A stretch of 32,000 nt of DNA, from NCBI GenBank assembly GCA_900553985.1, contig USFW01000009.1, positions 11,866-43,865 on the forward strand, written 5' to 3'. This document shows, in pieces, positions 1-9,800 of this stretch. The notes beneath the pieces were generated by a model. It ran no database searches and was not told where the DNA came from. It saw only the letters and a list, made by a program, of their open reading frames with translations. The position numbers were made by a program, and so were the translations under genes. The first letter of the stretch is position 1; each line of letters opens with the position of its first letter. The stretch is from an uncultured Clostridium sp. Its GTDB lineage: Bacteria; Bacillota; Clostridia; TANB77; CAG-508.

Positions 1-1112
1 GGTTCTAGTTCTCCTTCTATTATTTGGAATAATATTGTTTTTGCTAATTCATTGTCTGCTAGGAAGGCTATTTTGTTTCCTTCTTTTACTGTAAAGCTTA
101 CATTGTCTAAAACTTTTACTCCTTCTACTGTTTTACTAATATTTTTTACTTGTAGGATTTCTCTTCCTGGTTCTCTGTCTGGTTTAAAGTCTACATATGG
201 ATATTTTCTGTTTGATGGTTTTATTTCTTCTAATTCAATTTTTTCTAATGTTTTCTTTCTAGATGTTGCTTGTTTTGATTTTGAAGCATTTGCACTAAAT
301 CTTGCAATGAAGTCTTGTAGCTCTTTAATTTTTTCTTCTTTCTTTTTGTTTTGTTCTCTTGCTTGTTTTAATGCTAATTGACTTGATTCATACCAGAAGT
401 CATAGTTTCCTGGATACACTTTTATTTTTCCAAAGTCTACATCTGCTATATGTGTACAAACTTTGTTTAAGAAATATCTGTCATGAGATACTACTATTAC
501 TGTATTTTCAAATTCTATTAAAAATTCTTGTAACCAGTTTATACTTTTCATATCTAAGTCGTTTGTTGGTTCGTCTAATAGTAAAACATCCGGATTTCCA
601 AATAAACTTTGTGCTAATAAAACTTTTACTTTTTCTCTAGCCTCTATTTCTTTCATATATTTATAGTGATTTTCTGGTACTATTCCTAAATCATTTAATA
701 ACATTGCTGCATCTGATTCTGCATTCCATCCGTCAAGTTCAGCAAATCTCTCTTCTAGTTTTGCTGCTTTCATTCCATCTTCTTCTGAGAAATCTGGTTT
801 TGCATATATTTCGTCTTTTGCTTTCATGATGTCATATAACTCTTTATTTCCCATTAATACTGTGTCCATTACTGTATATTCCTCAAAAGCAAAGTGGTCT
901 TGTTTTAATATTGATAGTCTTTCTCCTTTTTCTAGAGTTACATCACCTTTACTTGGCTCTAATTCACCTGATAATACTTTTAAAAATGTTGATTTTCCTG
1001 CTCCATTTGCCCCTATTATTCCATAGCAATTTCCTTTTCCAAATTTTATATTTACATCTTCAAATAATACTCTTTTTCCAAATCTTACAGTTACTCCGTT
1101 TGCACTTAGCAT
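1..1112 (-). CDS. ABC-F family ATPase (YbiT-like), N-terminal ~370 codons; 3' end runs off the left edge
   Basis: Absent from the ORF track because it is open to the window edge. My reverse-strand translation from ATG (1112-1110) reads MLSANGVTVRFGKRVLFEDVNIKFGKGNCYGIIGANGAGKSTFLKVLSGELEP... It has Walker A, Walker B LLLDEPTNDLD, SHDRYFLN, the ABC-F linker FIARFSANASKSKQATSRKK and the start of NBD2. AGGAGG lies just upstream (rc of 1120-1125). Confidence 0.9.
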   Translation of the reverse strand, partial: MLSANGVTVRFGKRVLFEDVNIKFGKGNCYGIIGANGAGKSTFLKVLSGELEPSKGDVTLEKGERLSILKQDHFAFEEYTVMDTVLMGNKELYDIMKAKDEIYAKPDFSEEDGMKAAKLEERFAELDGWNAESDAAMLLNDLGIVPENHYKYMKEIEAREKVKVLLAQSLFGNPDVLLLDEPTNDLDMKSINWLQEFLIEFENTVIVVSHDRYFLNKVCTHIADVDFGKIKVYPGNYDFWYESSQLALKQAREQNKKKEEKIKELQDFIARFSANASKSKQATSRKKTLEKIELEEIKPSNRKYPYVDFKPDREPGREILQVKNISKTVEGVKVLDNVSFTVKEGNKIAFLADNELAKTILFQIIEGELE

Positions 1113-1312
1113 TTTATCTCCTCCTATATTCTTATCGTTGGTATTATATACTATTTTGGCTTTTTTTTCAAGAATTCTTAATTCAATTTCATTATTTTTT
1201 AGTATTATGGCTTATTTTTTCTTTACATTTTTATGTAAATATAATAAACTATTTTTATAGCTTAACGCTATTTTCAGTAACTCATAATATTGAATTCAAT
1301 AAGGAGGTAAAA

Positions 1313-1591
1313 ATGAGAATTTATCAAAATGAACAAATTGGAGATATTTATCGGGTTTTAAGGGGTAACTTAGAGGATGCCATAGACACATTTAATACTA
1401 ATATTAAAAAAGCTGAAATAGACTTTCTTAAAAAATGTGCTATTAAGGGAAGTTGTACTTCTAATGATAAAGATTTTATTAATTATCTAGATAATTTTTA
1501 TTTAATTCTAGACAAAACAGATGCAATAATTTTATCTTATTATAGTCTTTTGACCAAAACATCATGTTCTAGTACTTTTACTATATCTTGA
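1313..1591 (+). CDS. hypothetical protein (92 aa as written; the same frame continues past an in-frame TGA to TAA at 1742-1744)
   Basis: ATG at 1313 is preceded by AAGGAGG. The track ORF 911..1591 extends upstream only because the frame is open antisense to the ABC-F gene. No family recognised. Confidence 0.55.
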   Translation: MRIYQNEQIGDIYRVLRGNLEDAIDTFNTNIKKAEIDFLKKCAIKGSCTSNDKDFINYLDNFYLILDKTDAIILSYYSLLTKTSCSSTFTIS

Positions 1592-1759
1592 GCTTCAAAA
1601 GTCTCAAATTCAATAGCCTTTTATGATAAATTACTAAAAGTGTTAAATTCTGAATTATTGGAAGAATATAATTTATACTATGATACGATTTTTTCAAATT
1701 TTGATGCCTTAAAAAGCGCTTTCATAGCTTTTGCTGATTTGTAAATTATCATTTTGAAA

Positions 1760-1810
1760 AATAGAGTTAATAAACTAATGCCTTAATGGCAGTTTATCAG
1801 CTCTATTTTA
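1760..1810 (+). terminator. rho-independent-type hairpin between convergent genes
   Basis: Arms AATAGAGTTAATAAACT (1760-1776) and AGTTTATCAGCTCTATT (1791-1807) pair 7+7 bp around two mismatches and are followed by a T-rich run. Confidence 0.55.
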
Positions 1811-1880
1811 ATTTCTTGATATTATCTTATAAAAAATTCACTCAATTTAATAATATTATTTTGCATTATTCTTTTGTTCA

Positions 1881-2069
1881 TTAATCCTCAAGTAATAATT
1901 TAATTCCCCATACTCCTGATAATCCAACTAAGCCATAAATAATTCTTGATATTATAGTCATATCACCAAATATTGTTGCTACAAGATTAAAGTCAAATAA
2001 TCCTATTAATCCCCAGTTTATGGCTCCTATGATTATTAAGACTAATGCTATTTTGTCTATTACTTTCAT
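1881..2069 (-). CDS. DUF378 family small membrane protein
   Basis: 62 aa with two hydrophobic helices. IGAINWGLIGLF...NLV...G is typical of DUF378/YuzA-like proteins. AGGAGG RBS. Confidence 0.8.
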   Translation of the reverse strand: MKVIDKIALVLIIIGAINWGLIGLFDFNLVATIFGDMTIISRIIYGLVGLSGVWGIKLLLED

Positions 2070-2174
2070 AGTTTTCCTCCTTTTATTTTTTATTATTATT
2101 CCATTTTCTTCAAAAATTATTCATGTAGTTGAATTTTTTAAGTTTTTATGATAATTTATATTTAAATTAATGGG

Positions 2175-3470
2175 GTGATTTACTTGAGAAGAAATAACAG
2201 ATCTAATAGAAATAGACGAAGTCTTATAAATATTAACGATACGGAAAAATTGACAACTGCTCTAATTAAATTAATCATTGTTTTATCTGTTGCTTTTTTA
2301 ATTGTCGTTATTTTTAATATAACAAAAAATTGGATAAATTTTAATAAAATAGTAGATACTTCAAATAAAGAATTTAATGCTACAAGTATTTCTGAAGATG
2401 TATCTTCTAATGTTAATTCTGATGTAGAGCCTTCTGATACTACATTTACTTTAACTGCTTTAGGGGATATTATGTGTCACAATACACAATATTTAGATGC
2501 TTATAACAATTCTACTGATTCATATAATTTTTCTTATGTTTTTGATGACATTAGTTATTATATTCAAAATTCTAATATATCTATTGCTAATTTAGAAACT
2601 TCTTTTGCTGGTGAAGATAAAGGTTACAGTAATTATCCTCGTTTTAATACTCCTGATAGTTTGGCATATAACTTAAAAAAACTAGGATTAGATGTTATTG
2701 CTACTGCTAATAGCCATTCATTAGATTATGGTTTTGAAGGTTTATCTAGAACTTTAGATGTACTTGAGAGTGCTGATATTTCTCATGTTGGAACTAATAA
2801 AACTCAGGAAGAACAGGATAATGTTTTAATAAAATATATTAAAGGTATTAAATTAGCTTTTGTTAATTATACTTGTAATACAACAAATCTTGCTATTTCT
2901 TCAGATAAAGAATTTTGTATTAATACTTCTAATAAAGATTTAATTAAAAAACAAATTGATAAAGCAAAATCTCAAAATGCTGATATTATAATTGCTTACA
3001 TGAATTGGGGAAATGAATATACTTCTTCTGTTAATAATACTCAAACTGAACTTTCTGATTTTTTATTTAAAAATGGTGTTGATATAATCTTAGGTTCTCA
3101 TCCTCATGTGTTACAAAAAATAGAAAAAAGAACTATAACTTTGGAAGATGGTTCTTCTAAAGATGGCTTTGTAATTTATTCTTTAGGTAATTTTATAAGT
3201 GACCAGAATTTAAAAGATACAAGAACATCAATAATTTTGACTTTAACTATTACCAAACATACTTCTGGTAATATTAGTATTGATAAAGTTGATTATGTTC
3301 CTATTTATATGTATGAAAATTCTGCTGTAAAAAATAAAAAAATGAAATTATTAGATATTAATAAAGCTGTTTCTTTATATAAACAAGGAGTTGATACTTC
3401 TATTGGTGATAATATGTTCAAATTTCTAACTTCCGAATTAAATCGAATTTCTGAAGTGCTTTATTATTAG
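2175..3470 (+). CDS. CapA-family (PGA_cap metallophosphatase-like) membrane-anchored protein
   Basis: Basic N-terminus plus one TM helix, then CapA-type motifs LTALGDIMCH, ANLETSFAG, NSHSLDYGFEGL, HVG, WGNEY, GSHPHVLQ and YSLGNFISDQ. The start may be TTG at 2184, about 8 nt after GGGG. Confidence 0.8.
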   Translation: MIYLRRNNRSNRNRRSLININDTEKLTTALIKLIIVLSVAFLIVVIFNITKNWINFNKIVDTSNKEFNATSISEDVSSNVNSDVEPSDTTFTLTALGDIMCHNTQYLDAYNNSTDSYNFSYVFDDISYYIQNSNISIANLETSFAGEDKGYSNYPRFNTPDSLAYNLKKLGLDVIATANSHSLDYGFEGLSRTLDVLESADISHVGTNKTQEEQDNVLIKYIKGIKLAFVNYTCNTTNLAISSDKEFCINTSNKDLIKKQIDKAKSQNADIIIAYMNWGNEYTSSVNNTQTELSDFLFKNGVDIILGSHPHVLQKIEKRTITLEDGSSKDGFVIYSLGNFISDQNLKDTRTSIILTLTITKHTSGNISIDKVDYVPIYMYENSAVKNKKMKLLDINKAVSLYKQGVDTSIGDNMFKFLTSELNRISEVLYY

Positions 3471-3481
3471 CTTTACCAAGT

Positions 3482-3528
3482 GGGCTGACCTAGAAATATT
3501 TTATATATTCTAGGTCAGCCCTTTTTCT
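3482..3528 (+). terminator. intrinsic terminator after the CapA-family gene
   Basis: Perfect 14-bp stem GGGCTGACCTAGAA (3482-3495) / TTCTAGGTCAGCCC (3508-3521) followed by TTTTTCTT. Confidence 0.8.
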
Positions 3529-3545
3529 TATTCCCTTATTAAATT

Positions 3546-4496
3546 CTAATTAAGCATATCTCTTCTTTTTAGCCACCAAGTTACTGCTAATGTTGTTATT
3601 ATAGCAATTACTATCATTATAGGAAAACCTATTGGACTATTTTGAAATGGTAAATTTACATTCATTCCCCAAAAGCTTGATATCATTGTTGGTATTGCTA
3701 GTACTATTGTTATTGATGTTAGAAATTTCATTACTCCATTTAGGTTATTTGAAATAATTGAAGCATATGCATCCATTGTTCCATTTAAGATATTGCTATA
3801 TATCTGTGACATTTCTATTGCTTGTCGGTTTTCTATGATAGCATCTTCTAATATATCTTCATCATCATCATATAATTTTATTATTTTTCCTCTCATGGTT
3901 TTTTCCATGACAATTTCATTTGATTTTAGTGAAGTTGTAAAATAAACTAAACCTTTTTCCAAACTTAATAATTTTAATAGTTCTTTATTTTTCATTGAAT
4001 TTTTTAATATATATTCTGCTATTTCTGTCTCTTTATTTATTTGTTTTAGGTAATTTAAAAAATATGATGAGTTTAAGTAGAATATTTGGAATATGAATCT
4101 TGTTTTTTTATAAGTTTGAAAATTTTTTATTTTTCTTTTTTCAAAATCTTCTATTACTTTATTTTTCTTTAATGATACTGTTATGAAAAAATCGTCTCTT
4201 ACTACAATCATTCCTAATGGCATTGTTGTATATATATCATTTTCCTCACTTTTTTCTATTACTGGTACATCTATTACAAATAATATTGTTCCATCATCTT
4301 CTTCTGTATCAATTCTCGCTTTTTCCTCATAATCTAATGCATCTCTTATAAAGTCTTCTTGAATATTTACATTTTCACATACTTTTCTTATCTCTACCTC
4401 TGAGGGGTTTACAAGACTTATCCAACTTCCTTTTTTAAATTCTTTTATTTCTTCTATTCTATTTGTTTCTATATCTGTGTTATATATTTTTAACAT
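3546..4496 (-). CDS. corA: CorA magnesium/cobalt transporter
   Basis: 316 aa. It has two C-terminal TM helices with the signature FWGMNVNLPF (GMN motif) and a basic C-terminal tail. AGGAGGGG RBS. Confidence 0.9.
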   Translation of the reverse strand: MLKIYNTDIETNRIEEIKEFKKGSWISLVNPSEVEIRKVCENVNIQEDFIRDALDYEEKARIDTEEDDGTILFVIDVPVIEKSEENDIYTTMPLGMIVVRDDFFITVSLKKNKVIEDFEKRKIKNFQTYKKTRFIFQIFYLNSSYFLNYLKQINKETEIAEYILKNSMKNKELLKLLSLEKGLVYFTTSLKSNEIVMEKTMRGKIIKLYDDDEDILEDAIIENRQAIEMSQIYSNILNGTMDAYASIISNNLNGVMKFLTSITIVLAIPTMISSFWGMNVNLPFQNSPIGFPIMIVIAIITTLAVTWWLKRRDMLN

Positions 4497-4519
4497 AAAA
4501 ATCCCCTCCTAACATATTT

Positions 4520-4548
4520 ATTTTAGCTTTTTTATTCGTGTTTGTCAA
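4520..4548 (-). promoter_or_regulatory. candidate sigma-A promoter for corA
   Basis: On the minus strand TTGACA (4548-4543), a 17-nt spacer, then TAAAAT (4525-4520). Confidence 0.45.
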
Positions 4549-4666
4549 TTAATATACTATCTCTATAATAAATCTATTGTTTCAAAATATTAATTTTCTA
4601 TAATATTTTATAAAATTTAAATTCCCAATACTCCTTATTATATTTTATTTCAAATTGTACTTTTAT

Positions 4667-5782
4667 TTATCTTTTACTTTTTAATTTAATATATAATTTT
4701 TTTATTTCTTCTATATTTATATATGCCATAAATAATATTATTCCTATAATTGACATTCTTTTTGATACTTTCATTAAGATTGTTTCTTTATAGTTTACTT
4801 CTATAATTTCTTCATTTGTTTTATTTATCGAAATTGCTAGAAATCCATTTTCACTTTCAAAGCTATTTATTTTTTTATCATTTAATTCTATTTTATATCC
4901 TGGATAATATATGTATGGTAGTTCTAAAATAGCATTATCTTCAATTATTTTGACCTTTGCTTTTAATTTCTGTCCGTTTTTCTCTAAGTTTTGTATATTT
5001 GCACTACCTTTTAAAATTTCAATTGTATTTTCTCTTTCAAGTATATACTCTCTATTTTTGTTACTGTTTACAGGCAAATACTCTCCTCTTCCCATTGCTG
5101 CAATTACTTCATTTTTATTTTCTGTAATGCTACCTATGTCCCATTCATTTATTTTTAAAATTTCATCATTTACTGGTATAAATCTATTTAGAGTAATACC
5201 ATATAATATTGCAATTGTTGAAATAACAATTACATCTGCTATTTTTATTCTTTTTATCATGTTTTCCATATTTATTGCACAAATTATGGCAAAGAAAAAT
5301 TCACTAAAGACTAACATTCTCCATGTAAATTGTATTATTGATACTTTTTCATTAAATATTTGCCATGGAAAATATTTAGTTGACATGAATATACTTAAAA
5401 TTCCTAGTATTAGAAATAGTATATATTCTTTTTTGTATTCTTTCTTTACAACATTTTTAATTGCAAATATAGATAAAATCAACATTATTATAATATGTGG
5501 TCCTATTTCATATACATATGTTGAATCTTTTGATGTAGTAAATAATTGTTTTAACTCTAATCCACTATTTATAAATGATTCTTTTGTGGACATTGCACCT
5601 TCTTGATATGCTTCATATTCTGCAAAATTGTATGTCTCTAATAATGGAATCCAAAAAAATGCACTAATTAACATTATTAACATTATATTTATTACTAGTT
5701 TTTTTATAATTTCTTTGTCTTTTATCTTTTTAATATTTGCACATAAATATATAAATGCCATTATTGCTGTAAGCACTGTCAT
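4667..5782 (-). CDS. C-terminal fragment of a frameshifted polytopic membrane protein (GT-C / YfhO-like, function uncertain)
   Basis: 371 aa with many TM helices followed by a soluble beta-rich C-terminal domain. The frame is open upstream of the ATG back to a TAG at about 5818. It continues the 5787..6356 fragment if one base is removed. Confidence 0.6.
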   Translation of the reverse strand: MTVLTAIMAFIYLCANIKKIKDKEIIKKLVINIMLIMLISAFFWIPLLETYNFAEYEAYQEGAMSTKESFINSGLELKQLFTTSKDSTYVYEIGPHIIIMLILSIFAIKNVVKKEYKKEYILFLILGILSIFMSTKYFPWQIFNEKVSIIQFTWRMLVFSEFFFAIICAINMENMIKRIKIADVIVISTIAILYGITLNRFIPVNDEILKINEWDIGSITENKNEVIAAMGRGEYLPVNSNKNREYILERENTIEILKGSANIQNLEKNGQKLKAKVKIIEDNAILELPYIYYPGYKIELNDKKINSFESENGFLAISINKTNEEIIEVNYKETILMKVSKRMSIIGIILFMAYINIEEIKKLYIKLKSKR

Positions 5783-5786
5783 TAAA

Positions 5787-6356
5787 TTATGTGTAAATAT
5801 TAATCCGTGTTGCTCCTACAGTTAAAATCCATTCTCCTTTTTCTTTGCTAAATAGTTTATACATTCCCAGAAATACTAATGGAATAAATATATAACTTAA
5901 AAATTCTCCTAAGGCATTTCTAATATACATATCATTTAAATGATATGGCATTGTCATATATAAAACACCTGCTATTGTTCCTGTTATTTCATTTTTTGTT
6001 AAATTACTAACAAATTTATACATTGTAATTCCAGAAATTAATATTCCTATGAATAATACTAACTTGTAACTATTTATAAATGTCCCTGAAATTAATCTTG
6101 TAATTAAGATTAAGGTTGTTGATAATGGTCCATAAAATAAATCCCAACTGTATCCAAATCCATTGTTTAAATTTGATAAAATTTTAGGATTACCTTTGTT
6201 TTGTATTTCTAAATATGTTTCGTAGGCTCTTCCTATATGTTGTATTCCATCATCGAAATATACATTTATATTATCTTTTAATAATGGAAATGAAATTATT
6301 ATTGCTGCTATTAATATTATTAAAAAGTATTTAATATTTTTTAATTTTTCTCTCAT
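5787..6356 (-). CDS. N-terminal fragment of the same frameshifted polytopic membrane protein
   Basis: The ORF opens at 6380, but ATG 6356 (MREKLKN...) is preceded by AAGAGGAAAAA. It has TM helices and an early DDGIQHIGR-type motif, as in large GT-C-like membrane proteins. It ends at TAA only a few nt before the next fragment. Confidence 0.6.
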   Translation of the reverse strand: MREKLKNIKYFLIILIAAIIISFPLLKDNINVYFDDGIQHIGRAYETYLEIQNKGNPKILSNLNNGFGYSWDLFYGPLSTTLILITRLISGTFINSYKLVLFIGILISGITMYKFVSNLTKNEITGTIAGVLYMTMPYHLNDMYIRNALGEFLSYIFIPLVFLGMYKLFSKEKGEWILTVGATRINIYT

Positions 6357-6588
6357 TTTTTCCTCTTTTTTATTGTACATGCAAAATCTATTTTTTTCTC
6401 TTTATTATATACAAGACCTTTTCGTATATAACAATTAAAAAGACCTTTATAAAGACCTACGATAATTTTGCTTATATAATTTACTACTTTTATTATTAAT
6501 ATGCTATCATAAATAAATATATTTTACAATATGCATTGTCTTTTAAGTTATTTCTACTAATGTATCTCTTTATTAACTAACGTTAATG

Positions 6589-6617
6589 CAAAAAAATAAT
6601 ACCCTTTCAGGTATTAT
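6589..6617 (-). terminator. intrinsic terminator directly after tRNA-Lys(CTT)
   Basis: Minus strand: ATAATACC, a 6-nt loop, GGTATTAT, then a T run (rc of the A run at 6589-6596). Confidence 0.6.
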
Positions 6618-6618
6618 T

Positions 6619-6694
6619 TGGTGCACCATCTCGGGTTCGAACCGAGGACCTCCAGATTAAGAGTCTGTTGCTCTACCAACTGAGCTAATGGTGC
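6619..6694 (-). tRNA. tRNA-Lys (anticodon CTT)
   Basis: The reverse complement folds as a cloverleaf. Acceptor GCACCAT/ATGGTGC, D arm GCTC-AGTTGGTA-GAGC, anticodon loop CTCTTAA, T arm CTCGG-TTCGAAC-CCGAG, CCA encoded. Confidence 0.9.
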
Positions 6695-6740
6695 ATATAT
6701 CAATATTTTCTAAATAAAATGGTTTACAAATTACTTTTAT

Positions 6741-6769
6741 ATTATAGTCTCTTTTATTTTTATTGTCAA
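6741..6769 (-). promoter_or_regulatory. consensus sigma-A promoter for tRNA-Lys(CTT)
   Basis: Minus strand TTGACA (6769-6764), exactly 17 nt, TATAAT (6746-6741). It lies about 45 nt upstream of the tRNA 5' end. Confidence 0.65.
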
Positions 6770-6785
6770 TACTTTTAATTTAAAA

Positions 6786-6824
6786 TGAACTTAATTATTG
6801 AATAAAATCCAATAATTAAGTTCA
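6786..6824 (-). terminator. terminator hairpin after the giant surface-protein gene
   Basis: Perfect 15-bp stem TGAACTTAATTATTG (6786-6800) / CAATAATTAAGTTCA (6810-6824) with a 9-nt loop. T-rich runs flank it on both strands. Confidence 0.7.
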
Positions 6825-6855
6825 AATATTTTTATTTATAATAATTATTTAATTA

Positions 6856-9800
6856 CTATTTTTTTAACACAAATCTTTTAATTAAGATTATTCCAGATGT
6901 TAATATTCCTAACATTGATATTCCTAATATAATATAAGTTATAGTATTATCTGTTATTCCTGTAGGTGGTAAAATAATTATTTCTTCTGATGTATCTCCA
7001 TCTGGTTCTTTTGGTTTATTTGTTGATGGATTAAAGTTTCCTGGAATTGGCTCTGGTGGTCTTCCTCCTGTTTTGTCTATTTCAATTACTTCTGTTTTAT
7101 TACTTAAAATTATTTCATCATTTTTTGATAATAATTTTGATGCCATTAATTCCACTTTTGTTTTTTCTCCAGCTTGCAATGCTTCTTTACTTATATGTGT
7201 TTGTACACTTTTTAATTTTTCTATATATTTTTGTAAGTCTTTATCTAAACTTCCATTTTCAAATAATTCCTTCTTTTCTTCTAAAGTGAGTTTCTCCCAT
7301 TTTTCTGCTGTTTCTTTATCTGAAATTATTAAATTTTCATCTAGATAATCTATTATACTTGGTGTTAATCTTACTGGATTTTCTTTTCCTATTCCAAACT
7401 TATAATATTTTTCTGATACATAATCTAATTCACTTACATTATTTATAGTTATTTCATATATTACATCTAATTTTGCTCCTTCAATTAGTTCTTGGTCTAC
7501 TTCGATTTTTAAAGCTCCTTCACTTACATTAGATTTTGGTAAATATACTGTATATGGTGTATTTTCTGCTAGTTGATATTTTCCATCAGGACCTTTTTCT
7601 ACTTTTGCATCAATTAATATTACTCCATTAGAAAGCGTGATTTTTACTTGTTTTATATGTTTCTCTAACTTCAACTGTTGTTTTGGTCTTTCTATAAGTC
7701 CAAAATCTATATTTTTTATTGTATTTTTAAATTGCTCTTTTGTTATTAAGTTTCCTTTTGAATCTAATTTCAAACTTCCATCTGAGTTTGTTTCGAATTC
7801 ATCTTTTATACTTGAGTTATCTTTATTGTACTCTATATTAACTTTAAAATCTTGTGTATTAGAATCCATTTTGGTTATTAGTTGTTCTTCTGATCCATCT
7901 TTAAGTATTATATTTGATCCCTCTACATAATCATTTATAACCTTACTATTTGCATTTGTTATTTTTTGAGTTTGATTATCAATTTTATTTCTAATTTCAT
8001 AGTTATCTACTGCATCAGAATAGCGAGGTTCTGTTGTTTTATACCATTCATTGTTTTGTTCGTTCTTGTTCCAAATGCTTTCATCTATTACTGTTCCTTT
8101 ATATTCTTGAACTTTATATTCTTTATTTCCCCATGTATATCTTATTTCGTAATTTTCTGGTATAAATTCACTTATTTCAAAATCACCACTTGAATTTGTC
8201 CTTACTCTAGCTTCTTTTGTAAGTGTTTTAGAATCTTCATCGTATATTTTAACAATTTCATCTGGATTATTTGCATATACTAATTTTACTTCTACATCAC
8301 TTATTCCTTTTTCATCATTATCATATTTTCCATTACCTTTTCTTTCCTCTCCAGTCATTACTGTTGTTGGATCTTTTGATGTTTCTATATTTTCTAAAAA
8401 TACTTTTCCTGTTATCTTTCTCGCATTTTTTTGTAAAACTAGACTTAAGCCTGGTGCCTTATCTGTATCGTCTTCATATGTCTTTTCATCTGCTGGTTTT
8501 ACATTTCCTGGTTCTGAGTTTGAGTCTATTCCGGCATATATTTTTCCTGTAGAGTCTAATGTTCCATATTTTCCTATTTCTGCTACATTATCTAATTTTA
8601 TATTTGTATTTCCGTCTAAAATGTCAACTAATTTATCTCTTGAAACTTCTAACTCTATATATAATTTCTCTTCTTTTTGTGGTTCAATAGTTATATTTGT
8701 TGATATTTCTACACATTTATAATTATTTTGATTACTTAGTTCTTTGCTTTTTATTGATGCATCATTATTTACATATCCATTTTTATCTAGAGTTCTTCCT
8801 ATTGCTTTTAGTTCATATTTACTATCAAAATAATCATATATCTGTGATATTTTCATCTTTAAATTAGTTGATTTATTTATTAACCCTATTTCATATATTG
8901 CTTTAACTGTTAATTCTTTTGATCCTTGATATGATATATCTGATGCATATAAAGGTCTTGAATATGTCATTTCAGAATATTTTCCTTGGAATTTTATTTG
9001 TTGTTCTAAGTCTTTTAATTCTTTTCCTTCAGTATATACTTTTGAGTTATTAAATCTTTCTCTATAGTTATATGTATGAGTTTGTCCATTTATTGATACT
9101 TTTACATTATTTAAATCTTTTATTAAAGATGCATTTGGTTGTTCTCTTAAGAAAATTCCTAGATTTATATTTGATATTTCTTTTATATCTTCTTTTCTTA
9201 TTTGTTCTGCTGTTCTTATTTTATCTAAATATCCATTATATGCATTATATGTGTTTGATGTTATTTCATATTTTTCATATACACCATAATATGGTTTTTT
9301 TCCGTCTTTATCTTCTTTTCCTAAGTCAATTATACTTTCATATTTTTTATTGTCTTTTTTGTATTCTATTGGAGTTTTTTCTCCATTTGTACCTATTGCT
9401 TCTCCATTTTTTATTTCTGCAAATCTATTATTGAAATTTTCTCTTTCTTGTCCTTCTGTTGCTTTACTTCCATTTTTTTGATCTAGCATTTTTGGAACAC
9501 ATTCATAACTCATTCCATTATATTCAAACGATATATAATATTTAGATAATTTATCTATTTCTACATTTTTAAATAAATATTTTCCATTTGTATCTGTTGT
9601 CGTCGTTCTTGCTACTTTGTTTCCTTCAAATAATGTTACTGTCATTCCTTCAATTAATGGTTCTTTTGAATCATATAAATTATTTCTATATGTTTGTTTT
9701 CCATCTCCTATATCTTCCCATACCATTCCTGATAGATCTAAATATTTTCTTCTGTTGTATACTGTTAATTTGTTATTTTTGTCACTTGTTAATGTTGTAT

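Noticed and set aside
911-1312. N-terminal extension of the track ORF 911..1591
   Set aside because: It overlaps the ABC-F gene and its promoter region antisense and translates to L/F/I low complexity. The real start is the ATG at 1313 with AAGGAGG.
1589-1591. TGA reassignment (code 4 or 25) or selenocysteine at the in-frame TGA
   Set aside because: All tryptophans in the long ORFs, including the 2870-codon one, are TGG, and no other gene needs TGA read-through. The only nearby hairpin (TTGAG...CTCAA) is 5 bp, includes the TGA itself, and does not resemble a bacterial SECIS. No sel genes are in the window.
4497-4666. M-box or other riboswitch upstream of corA
   Set aside because: The predicted promoter leaves a leader of only about 20-25 nt, and no conserved structured element is visible.
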